Of a stretch of 64,000 bases of DNA, positions 20,786-32,774 are shown piece by piece. Position 1 is the first letter of the stretch. The number at the start of each line of letters is the position of its first letter. The position numbers were made by a program, and so were the translations under genes. This DNA is from Epithemia pelagica. Lineage: Eukaryota > Protista > Bacillariophyta. The DNA is taken from contig OX337228.1 of assembly GCA_946965045.2 (NCBI GenBank), forward strand, positions 5,580,001-5,644,000. Direction: 5' to 3'. Below the pieces are notes generated by a model. The model did not search any database. It had not been told where the DNA came from and saw only the letters and a list, made by a program, of their open reading frames with translations.

Positions 20786-21320
20786 TCTTGTGTGGCAAAC
20801 GAATCAATAATAAGAATGTGGAACGACGCTTCACTCAACTGAATCAAGCCAATGCAGAATCCCTATGGTTATTGGCTGAGTATGATCGAAAAGACAACAA
20901 TGGAGATGATGGTTCTGCTGGTCAGGACCGACCAAATGAGAGATTGAATATACGAAATGGATGAAGGGGGGGCAAAGATATCCGGGGGGGTGAATGAGCA
21001 TGACCACGACCATGAAAGGGATGCAGGGCTTAAGTGCAAAGTAGATCCACTTTCTAGCGCTGACCGACATATACATATCATTCAATATAGCGGAATGTAA
21101 TGGGCATGAACGCTACAAGTACATCCAATCGTCAAAGGATCGCAATCGCACTTGCCCCTTTTTTTTTGTTGCAACGCGCACAACACCAACAATTGCTCCT
21201 TCCTCATCGGCATCTCGGTCTCCATTCTCTCTATTCATTAGAGGCTCAAAATTGGAAGAGGGCAGCAAGATGATGTTTCCTGCACTTCGCATTAATTCGC
21301 GAAATTGCCGATCGCATTCT

Positions 21321-22907
21321 ATGGCAATGCACGTCGTTCGGCGATCATTGACCCAATCACATCGACGTGCTGTTACAAGAGTTTTTGTTGCCCACAAACC
21401 CGTTGGCCACCGATCGAATGTTTTGAGATCTCAATGTTTGACGTCTCGCCCACTGTCTCAGCCGCTCCTTCATTGTCGTGCCTACCACGGATCGACATAT
21501 ACAATGGACGAATATCCTCCGCATGTCCTATTCCCCATGCCTGCCTTGAGTCCAACCATGGAACTTGGAACCATTACATCGTGGGCTTTGAAAGAGGGTG
21601 ATTCCTTCTCGGCAGGCGATGTCTTGTGTTCGATTGAGACAGATAAGGCCAGTGTTGATTTTGAAGCTCAAGATGATGGAATTCTTGCCAAAATTTTGAG
21701 AGAAGGTTCTAACGCAGTCGACTTAAAGATTGGGACACCCATTTGTGTAATTGCCGAAGAAGCCGAGGATGTACCCGCCTTTGCCAATTTTACGCTCCCC
21801 GCCGATAGTGCCAGCTCCGAAGCAGCAACTCCTCCTCCTGCTGTAGGTGTCACTGCTGGTGAATCGACTCCTCCCTCTCCCGTTGCTCCAGCAGCGGATT
21901 CGCCCTTGGGAGCCTTTGTCCTCATGCCGTCCGCGCGTCATTTGGCCGAGTCCAAAGGCCTCGATGCCACAGTTCTGGCTCCTGGGTCGGGCAAAGATGG
22001 ACGGGTTACGAAAGGAGATGTTTTGCAAGCTATTTCCAAGAACACACTTCCACCTTTGATGACAGCATCGGACCAAACTCTTTCTTCCAGCAATGACGCT
22101 GCACCGACCCCCACAGCAGCTTCTTCCGGTGTTGGAACAACACCGGCGGTTGCTCCAGTTTCTCTAGGAGACCTGATTGTACCCGAGATAATGACGGATG
22201 GACCTACAGAGGACGTCCCCAACTCCAAAATGCGCAAAATCATTGCCCAGCGTTTGACGGCCTCGAAAAAGGAAGTTCCCCACTTTTATACATCGTTCAA
22301 TGTGGCCTTGGACAATGTGTTGAGACTTCGCAAATCATTGGCCAAAGATCACGAGATCAAAATATCAGTAAACGACTTTGTGATTCGATGTTGCGCATTG
22401 GCGCTCCGAGATGTTCCAGAAGTCAATGGTACATTGTCCTCGGACGGTCTTTTGCAAACTTCGGATTCGGTCGATATCAGTGTTGCCGTGGCAACTCCTA
22501 CAGGTTTGATTACACCCATTCTGTTTGATGCTAATCAAAAAGGATTGGCGGAAATTGCGGACACCATCAAGGATTTGGCCACTCGAGCGCGCGATGGCAA
22601 ATTGGCACCTCATGAGTATCAAGGAGGAACCTTTTCTGTGAGCAACCTTGGAATGTTTGGCATTTCCGAGTTTTCTGCCGTCATTAATCCACCACAGGCG
22701 GCCATCTTGGCAGTTGGAGGAGGTACTCGTACCTTTGTGCCGACACCCTACAAAGAGGACGGTGAAGGCAACCAGTCGCCATCGATTGCGACGCTGCTGA
22801 CAGCACGACTGTCGGCCGATCGAAGAGTGGTAGACGAAGCAACGGCAGCATTGTTTGGACAATCATTTACGCACTACATGAATCAACCGCAACTATTGCT
22901 TCTGTAG
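21321..22907 (+). CDS. DLAT: Pyruvate dehydrogenase E2 dihydrolipoamide acetyltransferase, mitochondrial
   Basis: Lipoyl domain MPALSPTM..IETDKASVD; E3-binding GSGKDGRVTKGDV; GGTFSVSNLGMFG; SADRRVVD. Arg/Ser-rich presequence. Confidence 0.93.
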   Translation: MAMHVVRRSLTQSHRRAVTRVFVAHKPVGHRSNVLRSQCLTSRPLSQPLLHCRAYHGSTYTMDEYPPHVLFPMPALSPTMELGTITSWALKEGDSFSAGDVLCSIETDKASVDFEAQDDGILAKILREGSNAVDLKIGTPICVIAEEAEDVPAFANFTLPADSASSEAATPPPAVGVTAGESTPPSPVAPAADSPLGAFVLMPSARHLAESKGLDATVLAPGSGKDGRVTKGDVLQAISKNTLPPLMTASDQTLSSSNDAAPTPTAASSGVGTTPAVAPVSLGDLIVPEIMTDGPTEDVPNSKMRKIIAQRLTASKKEVPHFYTSFNVALDNVLRLRKSLAKDHEIKISVNDFVIRCCALALRDVPEVNGTLSSDGLLQTSDSVDISVAVATPTGLITPILFDANQKGLAEIADTIKDLATRARDGKLAPHEYQGGTFSVSNLGMFGISEFSAVINPPQAAILAVGGGTRTFVPTPYKEDGEGNQSPSIATLLTARLSADRRVVDEATAALFGQSFTHYMNQPQLLLL

Positions 22908-23004
22908 AGCAGTGGTAGCATGAAAAACATACCTAGTTTCTTACTCTGGAGTGTGTTTGATTGATTTTATTTACTCCAATTTAGGATGGATCTGAGCATG
23001 AAGC

Positions 23005-23412
23005 TCAGGCAAGCTGAGCATCGCTTGTTTCGTCATCCGGTGGGTTTCTTGCAGCTTCTTGTTCCTCAAGTTCTGGAACTCGTAATCCAATTCCGACATC
23101 TGTAAGAACGTTCCGATCGAACGAAACACGGGCTTTTTTGAAATCTTTGTACTTGAAATAAATGATCCCACGCTCTGTTATCAGTCGTTTGCGTTTCCCG
23201 AGATAATTACATGTGCGAACCTTTGTGACGGGAAGTTTATAAATCTTGGTCAAGTATTCTTTGATTTCATGCTTTGTCATTCGAGGCATGACACGAAAGA
23301 TCGCAAAGGCTTCCTTGTTGGGCGTCGCATTTCGTGCCGCAACCAGTGTCATGGGCATGACTGGCATCCACATACGGAATTGCTTCCCGGTGAATACATG
23401 TTTGAATACCAT
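23005..23412 (-). CDS. MRPL23: Mitochondrial ribosomal protein uL23m
   Basis: FRVMPRMTKHEIKEYLTKIYKLPVTKVRTCNYLGKRKR..DFKKARV. Confidence 0.85.
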   Translation of the reverse strand: MVFKHVFTGKQFRMWMPVMPMTLVAARNATPNKEAFAIFRVMPRMTKHEIKEYLTKIYKLPVTKVRTCNYLGKRKRLITERGIIYFKYKDFKKARVSFDRNVLTDVGIGLRVPELEEQEAARNPPDDETSDAQLA

Positions 23413-23600
23413 GGCCAATCCAGAAAAGAAACCACAACGAAAGAAACACCAGAAGGATTTTAGTGGCTACGCTGGCCCATCACAACCCGAAAAAGATACT
23501 TTTCGTTTAGTGATCGCGGATCGGTCGCCCGTGATTGATGATGGACTTCTTTCGGTCCATTTTGCTTTCGGCGTGTCTTCGTGAGTGAAGAGGCTTTATC

Positions 23601-25607
23601 ATGGTTGCATTTGCCCGCCCGTTCTTAGGAGCGCTCTTATCCCCTTCCTCAAAACATCCTGGAAGCTTTCTAGAAGCAGCCTTCTCTGGAAGGATTCCCC
23701 TGGAAGGCGAGTTGATCCTCAAACCAACTGCAGACGTGTCAAGAAGCAGCAATCGGTCTGTCGCCACCAATTCTTCATCGGCAAACCAAACTCATCAACT
23801 TGGAGAAGGTGAAAACGACGAACTTCCTACCTTTTCCCTGCATGACTGGACACTGGCCTTTCGGAAAAGCGTTCAGTTGGCTTCCCGTCTCCCAGAGGAC
23901 GTCAACCTCAATATAACCTTGACACTAACGCCTGGAGTCGATGCATCGCCACCAGCTCCCTATTCAATGTCCACGGTTGGAGTCCGACATGAGGAAAATC
24001 TCGACAATCTTTCTATGCGAGTGGTCGTGGATCCGGAACGAGGAGAACTTCTTATGGAAAAGACAACAAATGCACATTTCGATACAAGATCCAACGAATC
24101 AGGTCCGAAACAAGAGCTCATCAACGCAACTGCTAACATTTCTGAAGAAGACGTGGTCTTGACGACAGCAGATTGGCTAATGAGGCCCTCGGAAAAACCT
24201 GTATCCATATCCCGACATTTGGAAACTTACTTGCATGGACTGGTAGCGGAGCAACGTGAATCACAAGAAGGAAATTCGACGGAGTTTCGCGATCGAGTCG
24301 ACTATGCAATCTCATTGGTCTCTACAGTGGACATGGGTCTGGAGTCGACGACGACCACATCATCATGCAACGATTCTGTCGTCGTCCAAAAATCGGCTCA
24401 TGTGCGTGCGTTCGCTCCAAGTTTCTTTGCCGACTTGCGAAGATCCTTTGGTATCCACGAACATGAGTATTGGATGTCACTCATTGATGAATCACTACCG
24501 TTCGTATCGTTCCAGAGCAATTCCAAAGGTGCTCGTCGTGTGGGAGGATTGTTCTTCTTTTCACGAGATGGTAGCTATATGATTAAAACCGTGAAAAGCG
24601 ATGAGGCAACAACACTGTTGGACAGTTTTCTGCTCAAGTATGGGCATTACATGAAGCAAAACGGACGAGACTCTCTTTTATCGCGGTGCTGTGGATTGTA
24701 TCAGGTTCAACTGTCCGCCACAAAAAGAGTCAATGGTACCTTCACCAAAGAAGAAAAAAGTCGTGTTCATACATTTGTTGTCCTCAATGCGGTATTTCCG
24801 CCGTATCTCTCGAGGTCAATTGCCGAAAGATTTGATCTCAAAGGGTCGACACTGGGTAGACAATGCTCCCCTGAAGAAATCAAAAGTAAAGGCTCATTTG
24901 CTGTCCTGAAAGATATGGATTTAATGGAAGAGGTGAACAAAACAAGGTCGTCGCAGATCCTTTCCGGACAGAACCTCCTGCCCTTTGACAGTGGGTCTTC
25001 TGCCAGTTCATTCGCCACTCGGGATGGTCTACATATTGGTCCGGTCGCCAAGTCCAACATATTGGCGCAGCTTCGTAAAGACGTCGAGCTTCTTGTCGCA
25101 TGCAAAACGATTGACTATAGCCTTCTTGTAGGAGTCAATAAACGGGAGAGACCAGTGTTTGACTTTTTATCGAGTTTGTTCGACGGCAATGTTGGAGGGG
25201 CTTCGTCTCCAACTTATGAGCCAATCATGGATTCCGGGGAGCCTTCGTGGTTTTCTCAAATCGACAGAAACATCCGGCTCATGTTTGGCCCGGTGTTTTA
25301 TTGGAAGACGTCACGACATGATTCAGTGCAGAAAATGTTACAAACTGGAACTTTGTTTTTCAACAATCAATGGGAACAATGTGGAGTTAACTGCGGTCCG
25401 CTCTCTATCTTACCGGGAGAACGTCGTGGGAACGCTTGTGTTTTCTATTTTGGTCTGATTGATTTTCTCCAGCCCTACAACGCAAAAAAGGAGGCCGAGT
25501 ACCAATGGAAGAGTTTAAGGTATGGTCGGAAGAGTGGCTTTAGTTGCATTCCTCCCAGACCATACGCCGACAGGTTTCTTGCATTCTTAGATCGACACAT
25601 CACTTGA
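23601..25607 (+). CDS. Phosphatidylinositol phosphate kinase (PIP5K family)
   Basis: FFFSRDGSYMIKT, ERFDLKGSTLGR, LKDMD, IDYSLLVG, FGLIDFLQPYN. Confidence 0.9.
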   Translation: MVAFARPFLGALLSPSSKHPGSFLEAAFSGRIPLEGELILKPTADVSRSSNRSVATNSSSANQTHQLGEGENDELPTFSLHDWTLAFRKSVQLASRLPEDVNLNITLTLTPGVDASPPAPYSMSTVGVRHEENLDNLSMRVVVDPERGELLMEKTTNAHFDTRSNESGPKQELINATANISEEDVVLTTADWLMRPSEKPVSISRHLETYLHGLVAEQRESQEGNSTEFRDRVDYAISLVSTVDMGLESTTTTSSCNDSVVVQKSAHVRAFAPSFFADLRRSFGIHEHEYWMSLIDESLPFVSFQSNSKGARRVGGLFFFSRDGSYMIKTVKSDEATTLLDSFLLKYGHYMKQNGRDSLLSRCCGLYQVQLSATKRVNGTFTKEEKSRVHTFVVLNAVFPPYLSRSIAERFDLKGSTLGRQCSPEEIKSKGSFAVLKDMDLMEEVNKTRSSQILSGQNLLPFDSGSSASSFATRDGLHIGPVAKSNILAQLRKDVELLVACKTIDYSLLVGVNKRERPVFDFLSSLFDGNVGGASSPTYEPIMDSGEPSWFSQIDRNIRLMFGPVFYWKTSRHDSVQKMLQTGTLFFNNQWEQCGVNCGPLSILPGERRGNACVFYFGLIDFLQPYNAKKEAEYQWKSLRYGRKSGFSCIPPRPYADRFLAFLDRHIT

Positions 25608-25612
25608 GGTTA

Positions 25613-25690
25613 ACAAGAGGAGTCATTTCAACAATACATGAAAGAAGGGCGGGGACCTCTCAATTAGAAACCGTTGGTTCGACAACCATA
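25613..25690 (+). repeat. Direct repeat copy 1 (duplicate of the XPD stop/3' end)
   Basis: 78 bp; differs from 27950-28026 by 1 indel and 2 substitutions. Confidence 0.92.
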
Positions 25691-26015
25691 AAGGAAGAAC
25701 TTGTTGTCCCACTGCGGTGCTGGGGCGGCGAGGTCTGGTTCGTAGGCGGATGGACGATGTAGGGCGATGATCTTGCGTGCGCCATCGATCGACACTTCAG
25801 CGAGGAGCGAGGAACACCTTTGGGATCGTGTTCGCAGACTTGCCGACCGTTTCGAAAAGCTCTTCGGGTGTTTGGGTGTTCCCGACTGCAAAAGGCAAGA
25901 AGAGTTGAGAGTAGTCCCCTTTGAACACGTCCTTCATCTGTTTGTAGCGTGTTAGATAGTTGATGGGCGTCGTTGCAGCCTGCTGCGGCGTCGCGGCTGG
26001 TGGAGCGGCGGCCAT
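25664..26015 (-). pseudogene. Truncated ORF fragment interrupted by a 7-bp tandem duplication
   Basis: GCGAGGA twice at 25800-25813. Removing one copy joins the two short ORFs (..PKVFLAEVSIDGARKIIALHRPSAYEP..). Confidence 0.5.
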
Positions 26016-26207
26016 GGTGATTAGCTATCTACTTCAACAGTCTCTCGTGCCAAAGAAAGGAATGAGCTCCTTGCCCACAATGTGAATGTGGCAATCGAAA
26101 GTGTGACAACGCCGGGCGAGCGCGCCGGGCCAGTAGTGTCAACTCGTCTGTCGTGCGTACCGCAACTACAAAATCTCAAATCGCAAAAATAAAGATCGTT
26201 TCCCAAA

Positions 26208-27743
26208 ATGGAGGCCACGAAAGACAAACAGCTTACCGCAAGCAGCAACAAGCAGCAACAAATTGTTCCATTCAAGAGAAGAAGCATATTCTTCCATGGG
26301 CTCCCCGAAATGGGGCCAATCTCCAAGACAACACACTTCACTTCAAATCCTTCGTACCCGACGGAAGAAAGTCACCGCGAAGCTAGGCTGAAAACCACTC
26401 CCTTTTCGATCCTATCAGATCTGAGTCTTCCGGATCCAGATACCAACATCATTTGGTCGCAAGTATTGAAGAAGAAGGGGACCCTCGGTGGTTTTTCAAG
26501 CGAGGCGGACGTGAACTCTTTTGTCAAGGCAGTAATTTTGGATGTCTTAGAAGGTCTCGATGTTCGAGAGGATGTTACAGTTCGAATGGAAGTAGAAATC
26601 AAGCGGAATCGACCGGATTTTATGGTAATTCGTATCAGCGGCCATCCCATCGGAACGATTAAGGGAAAGCAGCCAGGTTCGGATGCAATGCATCACGGCA
26701 ACATCCTCGGGGAAGTGTACGATCAGCTATTGCACCTTCGAAGTGTTTTCAGAGTTGATGTTCCTTTTGCTATTCTTACAAGTTACGATGAATGGCGCGT
26801 GTGTTGGCTGGACAACGAAAAAAGCAACGACCGGGCATCAAGAGACGCTATTCCGCATCCAGATCCGGATCTTATGCCAGATAAGCGGATGGGGTCGTCA
26901 AAGTCAAGTGACTCTCCACCAACTCCAGAGCCTCCTGCTACTCCAAGTCGAATGAACGCTATTGGGGCACTACAGAAAACTGACGACTCGGCTGACGCGG
27001 AAGCGGTAGTGGGAAACGATGACGAACCTCGCATATTTTGTGGCACTCGAGTATTCCGATGGAATGATTCGGAGCTCCCACTTCTGCTGGCATCAGTGAT
27101 AAGGAAGATGATGCTCTCTCGACAAGAAACCTTCCCACTTGTTTTGCGTCTAGCTAGCGAAACCTCGTCAATATGGAAGAAGGCTCCAGAATGGAAAAGC
27201 CTGGATTTCAGCCTTTGCATCTCGGCTCGCGTGAAAACCTTTTTCATCTGGGAAGACCTTGGAACAGGCGCGGAAGGAAAAGCATTCCTGGTTTCAGGGG
27301 GGACCAAGGGTGCAGTTGGAGTTTTGAAGTTCTTCTTCAAGGACGCCGAGATCCAAGCTAGGAAAGAAGAGTCACGCTGGAAATCGGTATATTCTCACCT
27401 ACCTGTGGTAGCAGAGAGTCTCCGAGTCACCACAGTCATGGATCAGGTTGCGCTGTTGATGCCCTGGTTTCAAACTCCTTGCCGAACGCCAGAAACATTG
27501 GATGCAGTTGCCAAGACGCTGAAAGAAGATTTCAGAGCGAATGGGTTCCGCCATGGCGACGTTGCTTGGCGCAACGTGGGTGTCTATCACGCGGATGGGG
27601 AGCTCAGAGCCATCGTGTTTGACATGCAATCTGTAGAACCTTGTGAAGCAGACGTGGATTGGGTAACACCTGCTCTCGTCTCTCTCGCTACAAAGTTGGA
27701 AGTTGCATCCCAGGCTCAGAAAGAGACTCAGAAGATCGGGTAG
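26208..27743 (+). CDS. Restriction-endonuclease-like plus protein-kinase-like protein (Crinkler-type architecture)
   Basis: SEADV..RPDFMV..GEVYDQL..AILTSYDEWRVCW, then LGTGAEG, VLKF, HGDVAWRNV, VFD. Intronless. Confidence 0.6.
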   Translation: MEATKDKQLTASSNKQQQIVPFKRRSIFFHGLPEMGPISKTTHFTSNPSYPTEESHREARLKTTPFSILSDLSLPDPDTNIIWSQVLKKKGTLGGFSSEADVNSFVKAVILDVLEGLDVREDVTVRMEVEIKRNRPDFMVIRISGHPIGTIKGKQPGSDAMHHGNILGEVYDQLLHLRSVFRVDVPFAILTSYDEWRVCWLDNEKSNDRASRDAIPHPDPDLMPDKRMGSSKSSDSPPTPEPPATPSRMNAIGALQKTDDSADAEAVVGNDDEPRIFCGTRVFRWNDSELPLLLASVIRKMMLSRQETFPLVLRLASETSSIWKKAPEWKSLDFSLCISARVKTFFIWEDLGTGAEGKAFLVSGGTKGAVGVLKFFFKDAEIQARKEESRWKSVYSHLPVVAESLRVTTVMDQVALLMPWFQTPCRTPETLDAVAKTLKEDFRANGFRHGDVAWRNVGVYHADGELRAIVFDMQSVEPCEADVDWVTPALVSLATKLEVASQAQKETQKIG

Positions 27744-27949
27744 TTGAGCACGTTTACGGCAGAACAGACATGTTATAATGATTAGAATTTATGATAAGTT
27801 TATTAGAATGAATTTAAATATCTTCCCAGTCATAATCTGACCAAACCAAGTCGAAGAATTACTCGCGGTTACCATGGTATTATCGTTTGACGTATCGGGC
27901 GAGGATCCTTCCTTGGTGGAGGACAACACTTCTGTCCCAGACGACGATG

Positions 27950-28026
27950 ACAAGAGGAGTCATTCAATAATATATGAAAGAAGGGCGGGGACCTCTCAAT
28001 TAGAAACCGTTGGTTCGACAACCATA
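27950..28026 (+). repeat. Direct repeat copy 2 (contains the XPD stop codon)
   Basis: Matches 25613-25690. Confidence 0.92.
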
Positions 28027-31000
28027 GCATCTCCATTGGACGTGACAGTTTCCCTCAAAGAAACTGGATTAAGCCTGTCAACGTCTTCAATCGAGAGTAA
28101 AACACTCTGCAAGGCTTCTTGGTCAATTGGCTGTCCCATCAGTCGGAGAAACTGCTTGACATGAGAGAGCGCCATGTCAGTGCTAAGATTTAGATGTGAA
28201 TCATTCATGAACTGCAGAATCCACTTTGGTAGTTTGTTGCGCTTTTCTGGTCGATTGTATCGGCTGTCAGCAAAAATCATCAGTCCATAGTCTGTTTTAC
28301 TTCGAATGACACGCCCGACACATTGTGCGGTTTGGCGTAAGGCATCAAAATTCAGAAAATCTTGTTCCCGAATCTGGTAGTGCGTTTGAAGATATTCTAG
28401 TCTTGCTCGCAAAACATGTGACAGGGTATACTGAAAAGGGACTCCAAACATAACCACGGCCCGGCCATAGTGGCGATCAAAGTTGATCCCTTCGGACACC
28501 TTTCCTCGAGCGACAGATAGGAACACAGCACCGCGACCACAATCACAGGCTCGGCGGAAATTGTCAAGTGCTAAGGTCGTCTCAACCACATCCTTGGTTT
28601 CGATGAAAACAAGTTTGGATTTCGTTAGCTCTCGGAGAATACCAAGAGCATCCCATTCACTGATAAGCGATTCCATGTAACTGTACGACGTAAAGAAAGC
28701 AACAACCCCATCTGGGATATTTGCACAAAGTTCAATTAGCATTGAGCCATAATTTCGAATAACACCCATGTCTGATCTGTCTTCATAACGGGTAGACACG
28801 TTCAGTTGATCGGAACCCCTTGTTATCACCAACGGTCGAATACACGGGCGGAAAGTAGACATGGAAAAGGACTCTGACACACATGGCTCGAACTGTAGAA
28901 GCTTTGGGTACAGATCGATCGGAGAAAGAGTTCCAGATGTGATAACAACACTCCCAAACTTTTTGAAAAGCGGCGCGATTGCAAGGGACGAATCCAAGCA
29001 AGCAAGCTGAATTACTGGATCCACAGCACCCGGGATGGCGCTTCCATTGGGTTCCATCACAATTGCGAACCTGGCAATTCCTTCACTGTAAGTCGCGAGG
29101 AGCGTCGCGAAGTCGGCGACGTCTGTGAGCGCATTGAAATCGTCGAGGTTTGAAACCTGCAGCGTTCTAAGAAGTGAAGAGAGTCTGGAATACGCAAATC
29201 TCAGTGGTTTTGCCTCGAGACTGGTTCCATTTGTCATCCGGTGCAAAAACGCCAAAGGTGTTTCGGAACGAACACCACCATTAGGGCCGGTCACTGAACG
29301 GAGTCGAGCTTTTAGATGCTCTACAACTTTTTTCATGAACCCAATAAAGTGCTCTGCACGTCTGATATTGCCCGGGACAGCCTCATTCAACACATCTGGG
29401 TTCAAAACATTCTGGGAAAGATTACAAGGATGAGGAACAGAGATACCTCCTCGTCGTAGACATCCGTTTTCAACTTACACTACCCAGTGCAGCATCATTA
29501 GCTGGGGCATCGAGTAAACCTTGGTCAATCAAACCGTTCACAAGATTTTGGTATTCCTCTTGCAGCCTTTGACTATCAGAAGCTTTCAAGCGAGAGACTT
29601 CCGACGAGAGGCGACCGAGAGACCTGGTGGCTTGTTCCAAACCTCGATCGTTGATTGTCACAGAAAGAGCTTCAATACAGACACTGTCAATGTTATGCGC
29701 TTCGTCAAATACAACAATAGTCTCTGACTCCAATTCTTTGGATACCATTTTAGCTGGAGACGCGACGGATTAAGAACAACGTAAAAAGACAACGCATCTG
29801 ATAGAAGTCTCCTCCGTATTGAACTTACCCACTTTCGGATCCAACATGTACTGGTAATTGTAAACCAAGATGTTAGCGTGATTGATCGCTGAAAACAAGA
29901 TGTTAGATTTAGAGACCATATACACCAAGTATTCAAACATACGTTCAGATCCATACCTTGTCGTGTGAGATAGTAAGGGCACCATCCTCGTTGTTTTCCC
30001 CAATTCTGTAACTCCTCAAGATCATATACTCCACTTGGCATCGTCATTCCCTCTCCTGCAGCTCGGAATGTGTCATAAAAGCTGCAAGTCTCGACCGATC
30101 CGGGATTCTTCTCGGCCGCCTCTAAGACCCAACTGGCAGTCATATCTCGACAAGCAGAATCTGCATTAAAGATACGAAGACCGCAAAACCGATAAGAGCA
30201 CGGAACTTCCAACCTCTGTCACATGCTGTTTGGACTTACCAACGGCTTCACGATCGCTTTCAGCTGAAAGCACAAAACAAAAGTATAACGGTTGGGCGAA
30301 AGATCGCACAACAATAGAACAATGACAGTAATTCACGGCAATCGTCTACCACTTACTCATCACACGTTCATGAATACACACTGAGAAAACATGTAAGTTC
30401 GATGCTAATGCAATGTTTCCCTGAGATAACATTCCAGCACTCACTGTTTCTTCGACTACTCAGACACAATGCGAGCATTCCATTCCCACCAGCCCCCCTC
30501 TCATCAATTATTGGTCCCATATTCGGTTTGTCTTTCTTCACAGAGTACACTCGCCTGGGTCTTTTTCTGTTGGGTCCCGGAGAGCCATCTTTATTCTCAG
30601 CTGTACCCGTGGTTGCCGTAGAACCACCCTCGATATCTCCAGAGTTTCGTGTTTCTGAATCTTTCATAAGCTCCGCTGACCTATACGCAAGAACGGTTCC
30701 CAATTCTTCCATGACACTGTTCATTTCAGGGACTGGTAGAGAAACGATAAGAAATCAGGTCAGTCATGACAGAAGACCCCGTAAAACGCACAGATGATAC
30801 TCACCCGTTCGTGTACAGTAAACTAGTTTTCCTGCCGATGGGTTGGCATATTGGTATGACGTGATGAGAGACAGGAGAGATACAGTCTTTCCGGTTCCTG
30901 TAGGCATCTCCAGAAGACAGTGACCACCCGCATCGAGAGAATGTTTCAGGGACCGCATGTACTGGTGTTGCTCAAGGTATATTCTTGGGTAAGGGAAGAA

Positions 31001-31033
31001 AACCTCTAACCCATCCAGATCGAAACGAACCAT
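27996..31033 (-). CDS. ERCC2: TFIIH helicase XPD, multi-exon
   Basis: [61 protein letters not shown]. Confidence 0.95.
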
Positions 31034-31294
31034 GATATTACTACTTATTCACGAGACGAGAGAAGAAGTCTCCCTTTATTGTGCTCCATTGGATGCATCC
31101 AAAATCCGATGTGAAAAATGAGAAAGAAAACAAGGAAAAATAGGCGACCAATTTATTGCCCCTGGCACTCTAGATAGTCTAGCTAAAACGGGTCCTTGCG
31201 GCTACTCAGGCATTAGAGATTAGAGAACTCCATATGTCTTTTTATCCGAGGTGAAAAGTGAACGGTTAATTTAGGGGGAGAGCTTCCACTAAAC

Positions 31295-32774
31295 TTACAC
31301 TTCAGTCAAAGCATCAACACCAGGAAGAATCTTGCCTTCTAACAACTCCAAACTTGCGCCTCCACCAGTGGAAATGTGGGTAACTTTCTCGCCCAGTCCT
31401 GCTTGATTGACGGCGGCTACGGAGTCCCCTCCACCAATGATCGTGATTGCACCGCGAGACGAGGTAGCTTCTGCCAACAGATGAGCGACGGTATTGGTTC
31501 CTGTGGCGAAGTTGCTCATCTCGAACACTCCCATTGGGCCGTTCCATACAATCGTGTTGGCATTGGAGATTTCTTGTCCGAAAGCTTCGATAGTTTCAGG
31601 CCCGATATCAAGACCCATCCACTCTCCTGAAATTTCGTTCACCTTTGCGACGGCTGTATTCGCATCATTGTCAAACTTGTCAGCCAACACAACATCCGTC
31701 GGAAGAATGAATTTGACACCTTTCTCTTCAGCTTTCTTCATTAGGGAAGCAGCCAACTCTACCATATCGTCTTCGACAATCGATTTTCCGACTTCATGAC
31801 CAAGCCTGAAGAAAACCTTCTACCAGTGAGACATACCAAACAATCGCGCTTTGCAGAAATCAGAGTATGAGCAAGTACGAAGAATGAACTTACGCTTTGA
31901 AAAACGTGAAAATCATGGCACCTCCGAGCAAGATCACGTCGCACTTGTCAAGGAGTGATTCAAGAACAGGAACTTTGGTCGAGACTTTAGCACCACCAAC
32001 AATAGCCATCATTGGTCTCTCAGGTTTTTCAACAGCTCCAATGAGGAATTTGAGCTCCTTTTCCATCAAGTAACCAGCGGCATTGAGCTTCATGTGTTCC
32101 GTCACACCAGCAGTTGACGAATGGGCACGATGGGCTGTTCCGAAGGCGTCGTTAACGTAGTACTCGGCGAGTTTTCCGAGTCCTGCAGAGAGTTCAGCGT
32201 CATTCTTTGTTTCACCCTTGTAGAAACGGGTGTTCTCTAGGAGAAGGACTTCTCCTTCGCCAAGTTGTGAGGCAGCGGCCTCGACGTCGGCACCAATACA
32301 ATCGTCCATCTTTTTGATAGACTTTCCGAGCAACTCCTCAAGAGGCTTAACCACGGGATTGAGGCGTCCATTCTTTCCAGTCTCAATGATTTCACCTTTC
32401 GGTCGTCCAAAATGAGAACACAAAAGTACATTTGCACCTTTCTCTAGCAAGAATTTTGTGGTAGGCACAATGGATCTGAGGCGAGTGTCATCAGTTACCG
32501 TCACGTCATCCTACATTATATGACAATGGTTACAAATGCAATGAGATATAACAGAGAAACGTTGAGGAATTTCCTGGTTGCAGTTCGTTCATCCTACCTT
32601 GGCGAGCGGCACGTTGAGATCAACACGAAGAAGTACATTTTGGCCTTTGAGATCCACTTTATCGGCAAGCTGTTCAACATTGAGTTTGGCCTCAGCAGCA
32701 GGTGTGCAGTGGAAGAAACGGTTTCGAAGAAAGGTCGAGGTGATTCGCGCTGGTGTGGAGAAACGGAGCAACAT
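31295..32774 (-). CDS. PGK: Phosphoglycerate kinase, likely mitochondrial, 3 exons
   Basis: [58 protein letters not shown]-terminus [21 protein letters not shown]. Confidence 0.93.
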
